Both the position numbers and the translations under genes were made by a program. Of a stretch of 64,000 nt of DNA, positions 58,046 to 64,000 are shown piece after piece. Source of the stretch: Bacteriovoracia bacterium (GTDB taxonomy: Bacteria > Bdellovibrionota > UBA1018 > JBFWNL01); assembly GCA_050251055.1 (NCBI GenBank), contig JBFWNL010000001.1, forward strand, positions 715,825 to 779,824. Reading direction: 5' to 3'. Under the pieces are notes generated by a model. That model worked only from the letters and a program-made list of their open reading frames with translations, did not search any database and was not told the DNA's origin. Each line of letters starts with the position of its first letter. Positions within the stretch are counted from its first letter, which is position 1.

Positions 58046-59164
58046 ATGAAGTACGTAATCGCAAACCAGTCGGGAATGTCCTTACTGGAAACGATGGTGG
58101 TCGGATCCATCTTGATCTCCATGGGACTCATCACCTCGTCCTTGGTCATGACCGGCGTCAAGAGCGGACGACACGTGGCTACGGTCTCCGATCTAAACAC
58201 GTTGAAGTACCAGCTACGCGCGTTGGTCAACAAAGACGCGCTCTGCGCTACCGCCTTCAAAACCGCGAACGGGGCATTGCAGTTTCAACCCAGTGCGAAC
58301 CCCCAAACTCCCATCAGCATCACTCTATCCGCCATCAAATCTTGGGGAGGGGAAACCATCCTCGCGGCTCCGGGAAAGAAAATCCAAGGGGCGAAAATCA
58401 CCTCCCTCCAACTGACTCAATCTCCCGTCGCTCCCGAGATGGTCGCGAATCCCAGTAATCCCAGCCAGCTTTTCATATCGACGATGGTCGCCTTGAGCGT
58501 CTCGCTTCAAACGGAACCCGGTCAAAACCTGGGCGCGCCCTACTCGACGATCGAGGTCCCATTTCAGTTGGTGGTCAACCCAGCCAACGGATACCAAGTC
58601 GTGGGCTGCTCCTTGGACGCCCAGTGGCCGGGGGCTTTCGTGCCCGTTCCCGTCGCGAGCTGCCCCTCCGGAAAAGTGGTCACGGGCTTGGGTCCGGGCG
58701 GAAATCCAATCTGCGCGTTTCCCGTGCCCGCCACCAGCTGCGCCTCGGGCACCGTGGTCACTGGACTCAATGCCAATGGTAGCCCCATCTGCGCAAACCC
58801 GCCCTCACCTCCTAACCCGGAAGTCTACGCCAGCGCATGCGCCGACTCTATCATCCTGGGAGCCTCCAGTACGACCATGTGTTGCCGAATGAACCGAAAC
58901 ACCGGGTCGGCCCAATGCAAGACGGGAAACATCAATCAAGGGGGCTACACCTCCTTGCCCGATCCCTTTCCTACCAGCACCACGGGAAACTACTCCCTGC
59001 AATGCATCGGAGGCGTCGACCCATCGCTCAGCCCACCCAATCCCCTGCTTTTTAAATGTTGCCGGACGAATAACACGAGTGGCGTCACTGCCTGCAAGTC
59101 GCTCACGACGGGGTACAGTGGCTACACTTGGGCCACGGCGGCGGGAGGAAACTTCAGTTTCTAA
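58046..59164 (+). CDS. Type IV pilin/pseudopilin-like protein with Cys-rich C-terminal repeats
   Basis: Class III signal NQSG|MSLLE plus hydrophobic helix; two 26-aa C.SG.VVTGL...G.PIC repeats. Confidence 0.85.
   Translation: MKYVIANQSGMSLLETMVVGSILISMGLITSSLVMTGVKSGRHVATVSDLNTLKYQLRALVNKDALCATAFKTANGALQFQPSANPQTPISITLSAIKSWGGETILAAPGKKIQGAKITSLQLTQSPVAPEMVANPSNPSQLFISTMVALSVSLQTEPGQNLGAPYSTIEVPFQLVVNPANGYQVVGCSLDAQWPGAFVPVPVASCPSGKVVTGLGPGGNPICAFPVPATSCASGTVVTGLNANGSPICANPPSPPNPEVYASACADSIILGASSTTMCCRMNRNTGSAQCKTGNINQGGYTSLPDPFPTSTTGNYSLQCIGGVDPSLSPPNPLLFKCCRTNNTSGVTACKSLTTGYSGYTWATAAGGNFSF
58643..58798 (+). repeat. Two imperfect 78-nt (26-aa) tandem repeats in the pilin-like gene
   Basis: PVPVASCPSGKVVTGLGPGGNPICAF / PVPATSCASGTVVTGLNANGSPICAN. 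Confidence 0.85.
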
Positions 59165-59229
59165 CGCCCCGTCATCGCCACCGCGTTAGGTCTTCCCTCT
59201 TTTTTTATGAACTGATAGCCTAGGCCATC

Positions 59230-60669
59230 ATGAAATCTCTCTTGGATTCGGCGCAAAAAGCCGTCGGCAGCCAGGCGCAGTGGACGGGCATCCGCTGGCT
59301 CAGTGAAACGACTACCCTTCGCCAGTTCCGCGACGGAAAACCCCAGACTAACCGTAGCGATCACAGCCAGGGCGTGATGGTGGAGGTCCTGGCCGAAGGA
59401 ATGTTCGCCTACGCGTCGACTCCGCAAGCCACTCCCGCAGGCGTGGCCCAGGCGGCAAAGCAGGCGCTCGCGCAGGCCCAACGCGCGGCGCGCTTCAAAG
59501 TATTTGATTTCAACGCCCGCATGCGCCCGGCCTCGCGCGGACGTTACCAGTCGCCCGTGCGCACGCCGTTCGGATCCGTCGAGGTCGCGGCCGTCTGCGA
59601 CCATCTCAAGCAAGCCTGCGAGACGCTGAAGCGCTCGCCAAAAATCATCAAGACGGAGGCCGCGGTTCGCTTGGTCGAAACGCAGATCAAGATGTACTCC
59701 AGCGCGGGCGCGGAACTAGAACAAGAATTCTCTCTCATCTCGACCGATTACAACGCCACCGCCCAGGATGCGGCCGTCATCCAGACCCGCACCGACAACG
59801 GGATGCTCGCGCGCAGCTACCAATCCGGCTTGGAAATGCTGTTTGACCCTGGCACGCAGGAACGACTACAACGGATCGCCGAGCAGGCGCTCGAACTCGT
59901 GGCCGCGCCGGAGTGCCCGACGCAAACGACGTCGCTGGTACTGATGCCCGATCAGATGATGCTGCAGATTCACGAAAGCATCGGGCACCCGCTCGAGATC
60001 GATCGTATCTTAGGCGACGAGCGCAACTACGCCGGCTGGAGCTTCGTGAAGCCAGAGGATTTCGGGAAACTGATCTACGGTTCGCCGTTAATGAACGTAA
60101 CTTTCGACCCCACCCTCGCCCACGAGTTCGCCAGTTACGCGTTCGACGACGCGGGGGAACCGGCCAAGCGTACGCTCCTCATTGAAAAAGGGATTCTCAA
60201 ACGCGGGCTGGGGGGACTAGAAAGCCAGGCGCGCTCGAACCTCGAAGGGGTGGCGAACTTCCGATCGGCGTCTTGGAACCGCGCGCCAATCGACCGCATG
60301 GCCAATCTCAATTTGGAAGCCGGCGACGCCTCCTTCGACGACATCATTACTTCGGTGGAAGACGGCGTGCTCATGGAGTCCAACCGCTCGTGGTCGATCG
60401 ATGACTTCCGCAACAAATTCCAGTTCGGTTGTGAGTACGGCCGACGCATTCGCCAGGGAAAACTCGCCGAAGTCGTGCGAAACCCCAACTACCGGGGCGT
60501 CACGAACCCCTTCTGGAGGAGCCTAAAGCGCGTCGGCAACGAAGCCACTCGGCAAGCCTACGGCACGCCTTACTGCGGCAAGGGAGAACCCAATCAAATC
60601 ATCCGCGTCGGGCACGCTTCGCCGGTGTGCTTGTTTAAGAACATCGAAGTCTTCGGGGGTGCCTCGTGA
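59230..60669 (+). CDS. tldD: TldD-family metalloprotease subunit
   Basis: HESIGHPLEIDR (HExxGH), FDD.G, RMANL, CGKGEP.Q. Confidence 0.9.
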   Translation: MKSLLDSAQKAVGSQAQWTGIRWLSETTTLRQFRDGKPQTNRSDHSQGVMVEVLAEGMFAYASTPQATPAGVAQAAKQALAQAQRAARFKVFDFNARMRPASRGRYQSPVRTPFGSVEVAAVCDHLKQACETLKRSPKIIKTEAAVRLVETQIKMYSSAGAELEQEFSLISTDYNATAQDAAVIQTRTDNGMLARSYQSGLEMLFDPGTQERLQRIAEQALELVAAPECPTQTTSLVLMPDQMMLQIHESIGHPLEIDRILGDERNYAGWSFVKPEDFGKLIYGSPLMNVTFDPTLAHEFASYAFDDAGEPAKRTLLIEKGILKRGLGGLESQARSNLEGVANFRSASWNRAPIDRMANLNLEAGDASFDDIITSVEDGVLMESNRSWSIDDFRNKFQFGCEYGRRIRQGKLAEVVRNPNYRGVTNPFWRSLKRVGNEATRQAYGTPYCGKGEPNQIIRVGHASPVCLFKNIEVFGGAS

Positions 60670-62012
60670 TCACGCGTGAGTACTTCCAGAAAATCTGCGA
60701 AACGCTTTTTAGCGAACGCCCGGCCCGGGAGCACCTCACGATGGAGCTCACCGCCGAAGCCAGCCAGTTTTGCCGCATCAACGCGGCCAAGATTCGGCAG
60801 CTCGGTACGGTCGCCGACGCGCTCTACGCCGTCCAACTTACCCAAGAAGGAACCAGCGCCGGTCAGCACCGCCAGGGCACGGCCTCGTTCACCTTGACCG
60901 GAGAAATAGAATCCGATCTCGTCCAAGCCCGTGCGGTCACCGCACGACTTCGCAGTGAGGTGGCCCAGCTGCCACCCGACCCGTTCTGCGAGGTCCCCAA
61001 GAACCACGGACATTCCAACTCCACGCGCACTGGCCACCTTTTACGCCCGGACGAAGCCGCGGAAGCGCTGGTGAAACCCGCGCAAGGCGTCGACCTAGCC
61101 GGTATCTACGCCGCCGGCGCCGTGATCCGCGCGAACGCAAACTCCACCGGCCAGTTTCATTGGTTTAGCACCGACAACTTCGTCTTCGACTACTCCATTT
61201 ACACGGCAAACCAAAAGGCGCTGAAAGGCTCCTTCGCCGGACAGCACTGGGATAGCGACACCTACGCCCTAGAGATGCGAAACGCCGCCGAAAGATCCCA
61301 CGCGCTCGCGCAGGCGCCCAAGAAGCTGAGTCCGGGTGCCTACCGTACCTACCTTGCGCCTGCCTGCTTCAGCGAACTCTTACCGATGTTCTCTTGGGGA
61401 TGCATCGGCGAGGCCTCGCTCCGGCAAGGGGATAGTCCCCTGCTACAGGTCCGCCAAGGGCGCCAACAATTCTCCCCGAAGTTCACCCTGTCCGAGGATT
61501 TCCGCGGCGGGGAAGTACCACGCTTTAATGACAAAGGAGAAGTGGCGCCCGAGTACCTCGCCCTCATCGCCGAGGGCGAGCTCAAGAACACCCTCGTAAG
61601 CTCGCGGACCGCGCTCGAATACGGCCTAACGGGAAATGGCGCGGGCACGAGCGAAGGATTGCGGGCGCCAGCCGTGGCGGGAGGATCGCTACCGGAGGGG
61701 GACGCGGTGCGGGCCCTTGGCACTGGCCTTTACCTTTCCAACCTGCACTACCTAAACTGGAGCGATCGTCTGCACGGACGCATCACCGGCATGACCCGTT
61801 ACGCCTGCTTCTGGGTGGAGAACGGGAAGCTGCAATCCCCGATCGAGAATCTACGCTTCGATGACAGCATCTTCAGCCTGTTCGGAACCGCGCTAGAAGA
61901 CCTCACCCGCGAATGCACACCGCTCACCAGCACGGACACCTACGGGTTCCGATCCCTGGGCGTGGCGAACGCCCCGGGCGTGCTATTAAAGCAGATGACT
62001 TTTACTCTTTAA
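60666..62012 (+). CDS. TldE/PmbA-family subunit
   Basis: Overlaps the tldD stop; PG.YR.YL.P, NLHYLN, TGMTR...FWVENG, NLRF; no HExxH. Confidence 0.88.
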   Translation: MITREYFQKICETLFSERPAREHLTMELTAEASQFCRINAAKIRQLGTVADALYAVQLTQEGTSAGQHRQGTASFTLTGEIESDLVQARAVTARLRSEVAQLPPDPFCEVPKNHGHSNSTRTGHLLRPDEAAEALVKPAQGVDLAGIYAAGAVIRANANSTGQFHWFSTDNFVFDYSIYTANQKALKGSFAGQHWDSDTYALEMRNAAERSHALAQAPKKLSPGAYRTYLAPACFSELLPMFSWGCIGEASLRQGDSPLLQVRQGRQQFSPKFTLSEDFRGGEVPRFNDKGEVAPEYLALIAEGELKNTLVSSRTALEYGLTGNGAGTSEGLRAPAVAGGSLPEGDAVRALGTGLYLSNLHYLNWSDRLHGRITGMTRYACFWVENGKLQSPIENLRFDDSIFSLFGTALEDLTRECTPLTSTDTYGFRSLGVANAPGVLLKQMTFTL

Positions 62013-62018
62013 GGGCGA

Positions 62019-62726
62019 TTACTGGGCGGCGGCTACGGCGCCGCTGGCGGCAAGTACGCGTCTCAGCAGCCGCTGCTCGTCTTCGGCCTGCTCGAGCTTC
62101 GCGGCCAACTCGTCGGATTGCTGGGTGAGATCCGCGAGCTTCGCCAGATCGGCGGTGTTTTGGGCGGCATCGGACCCATCGGTGGCCATGACCTTCGCGG
62201 GTTTCGTCGGAGACGCGATGTCCCGCGCGATTTTCTGTAGAGCCGCCATCTCCGTAGCGACTTTCGCGCGGGTTTCCGTCCAAGCGACGATATCGCGCTC
62301 AGTGGCGCCCAGGCGCTGCTGGACCTTCGTCACGGAATAAACTTTGTCGTCCACCATCTTTTCGAAAAATTTCACTTCGATCTCAAGCTCGCGCATGCCG
62401 ACGTTCACGGCTTGCAGCTGCTTTTCGTACTGGGCGTGCACTTCCTGCGACATGACTTCTTTTTGGCCCTTGGTGGTTTGCCCGCTTTCGCTCACCCAGC
62501 AGTCGTCGCAGGCTTCTTTCGCGGCAGAGAGCCGCGCGGTCAGCTTCGCGCGCTGCGCTTGACCGGCCGTGAGATCGGACTTCGCGTCGATCAATTGGGT
62601 ACGGATAAATTCTTTGATGTCGTCTTTTGCTTCGTCGGCCGCTCGGGCGCTCACGCTCAAACCGAGCACCAAGCCCAGCGTGCAAACGACAACCGCAAAA
62701 CTCTCGCGAAAAATCTGACGGCTCAT
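62019..62726 (-). CDS. Secreted coiled-coil hypothetical protein
   Basis: SD aaggag, signal peptide ending ARA, heptad A/E/K/Q-rich, one CxxC. Confidence 0.75.
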   Translation of the reverse strand: MSRQIFRESFAVVVCTLGLVLGLSVSARAADEAKDDIKEFIRTQLIDAKSDLTAGQAQRAKLTARLSAAKEACDDCWVSESGQTTKGQKEVMSQEVHAQYEKQLQAVNVGMRELEIEVKFFEKMVDDKVYSVTKVQQRLGATERDIVAWTETRAKVATEMAALQKIARDIASPTKPAKVMATDGSDAAQNTADLAKLADLTQQSDELAAKLEQAEDEQRLLRRVLAASGAVAAAQ

Positions 62727-62900
62727 ACCTCACTCCTTATTCAACCTGTCTCATCGGCACAAATCCACAGAAATTTAGTCCGTCAAAACCTTGACTCGCG
62801 CGGAGAATAAAGCTTGGACTTTCGGGACACATGCTAAACTGAAAACGAGGGGTAAAGGTAGTGAAGCTATAGAACCGGTCCATCCGGAAAGGGGCATACC

Positions 62901-63647
62901 ATGCGCTATTTCATCTTTACGCTAACGATACTTTGTTCACTCACCGCCGCGGCGGCCGATATGCGCGGCATCAACATTTCCACCGGCGTCGTCTACCAAA
63001 CCGGCGGCGATTCTATCCTAGGCAATCCGGGAGCCCTCTTGGGATCTCCGAAGGAAATCGACGCAAGCTACGCCACCGGCGGTGGCAGTAACCAGATCGA
63101 CGGCAGCTTCTCGGGAAGCTCTTCGAGCGTCGGTTACGGCCTGGGGTACCACACCAACGCTTCCACGGCTTACGGCGGACTGGGCTTCGGCAGCGCCCGC
63201 TTCGGCATTGGCGCCAGCGCGGGCTACAATCTTTCAGCTTCGAGCTTAGGCGCGAACATCGGTATCCAATATGGCGGATCGCAAGGCTTCGGCATCGGCG
63301 CCGCGGTTTACGATATCACCGGCGGGTTCAACACCTACTCGATTGGCCTAGGCTTCCGCAAACCAGGCGGTCTCCAGTTTGAACTCGATTACGTGGCCGC
63401 GAGCACCAGCGTCGACGTGCTCGGAACCACCGTCACGGCGAGCACCACCTCCATCGCGCCCGGGATTGCCTTTCAACTGGGACAAGCGGTGAGTCTCATG
63501 GCCGGCTATTCGGCGCTAACTTCTAACCTGGGCGGCGGCACCTTTCGCGCGGGCTTCAACGCCTGGCTCGGATCGAAGTTTGCCTTGTACTTCTTGTACA
63601 AGGCCAGTGGCTATGACTACACCGGCGGCTTGAGAATCAAGCTATAA
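62901..63647 (+). CDS. Outer-membrane beta-barrel-like protein
   Basis: Signal peptide, Gly/aromatic alternating strands, C-terminal YTGGLRIKL. Confidence 0.7.
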   Translation: MRYFIFTLTILCSLTAAAADMRGINISTGVVYQTGGDSILGNPGALLGSPKEIDASYATGGGSNQIDGSFSGSSSSVGYGLGYHTNASTAYGGLGFGSARFGIGASAGYNLSASSLGANIGIQYGGSQGFGIGAAVYDITGGFNTYSIGLGFRKPGGLQFELDYVAASTSVDVLGTTVTASTTSIAPGIAFQLGQAVSLMAGYSALTSNLGGGTFRAGFNAWLGSKFALYFLYKASGYDYTGGLRIKL

Positions 63648-63662
63648 GCCGCGCCTTTGCCA

Positions 63663-63998
63663 CTACCTAGCTGATTTGAATAACTTTGGAAACAAGGGCA
63701 CCGCCAGCAGTGCGAGCACCGGTACGCCCGCAAAGCACACCACGATGAAGGCCCCGGCGGGCAGGTCCCAGGCGTAACTCAGCGACATGCCGACTAGGCT
63801 CAGCGCTAGCCCCAGCATCCAGCCGAAGATCAGCCGCGCCCGAATCGTCGTGAAAAAAAGCGTGCTGACCACGGCCGGTACGATCAGGTAGGCAAAAACC
63901 TGAAGCACCCCCGCCATACTGACGGAGGACGTGATCACGACGCCAAATAGCGCGTAGAACACGAAGTCCCAAAGCGCGTGGCGCTGCGTGCTTTTACC
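63663..63998 (-). CDS. Metal (Zn/Mn/Fe) ABC transporter permease, 5' end outside window
   Basis: LWDFVFYALFG..ITSSV..AGVL.VF.YLIVPA, SY..DLPAGA; frame open to the window edge. Confidence 0.85.
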   Translation of the reverse strand, partial: GKSTQRHALWDFVFYALFGVVITSSVSMAGVLQVFAYLIVPAVVSTLFFTTIRARLIFGWMLGLALSLVGMSLSYAWDLPAGAFIVVCFAGVPVLALLAVPLFPKLFKSAR

Positions 63999-64000
63999 GA

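Noticed and set aside
59230-62012. TldD/E as part of a RiPP cluster
   Set aside because: No precursor peptide, YcaO or radical SAM gene nearby
1-64000. CRISPR array, IS elements, rRNA
   Set aside because: No regularly spaced direct repeats, transposase ORFs or rRNA signatures seen; intergenic gaps are all short

Overview
Bacterial DNA, GC-rich by eye. The secreted proteins and the pilin resemble Bdellovibrionota/Deltaproteobacteria, which is inference only. Positions 1-~45,350 are a large surface-glycan biosynthesis and tailoring region that switches strand often. It holds nonulosonate, GDP-fucose and dTDP amino/branched-sugar enzymes, many glycosyl- and methyltransferases, a sulfotransferase, an O-carbamoyltransferase, an SGNH protein, an ABC flippase-like exporter and GT-C-like membrane proteins. 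The region appears to carry its own donor-supply modules: cysC followed by a pyruvate kinase-ATP sulfurylase fusion (PAPS), a eukaryote-like carAB pair divergent from the carbamoyltransferase (carbamoyl phosphate), and lhgO near a 2OG-Fe(II) oxygenase-like gene. Other oddities are a NeuB-SAF-TIM-barrel fusion, a DegT-GT2 fusion and a G10 tract inside a glycosyltransferase. Positions ~45,400-64,000 hold a secreted fibre-like protein, a membrane ankyrin protein, mgtE, an adjacent signal-peptide-bearing Shelph-like phosphatase and FGE-domain/PI4K-Fam20-like kinase, a large secreted unknown, a PLD with a CBM20-like tail, tRNA-Val(CAC), a Cys-rich prepilin, tldD/tldE-like genes, an outer-membrane barrel and a partial metal ABC permease. 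No CRISPR array, rRNA or mobile element was seen. All calls come from reading motifs by eye; no database search was run.
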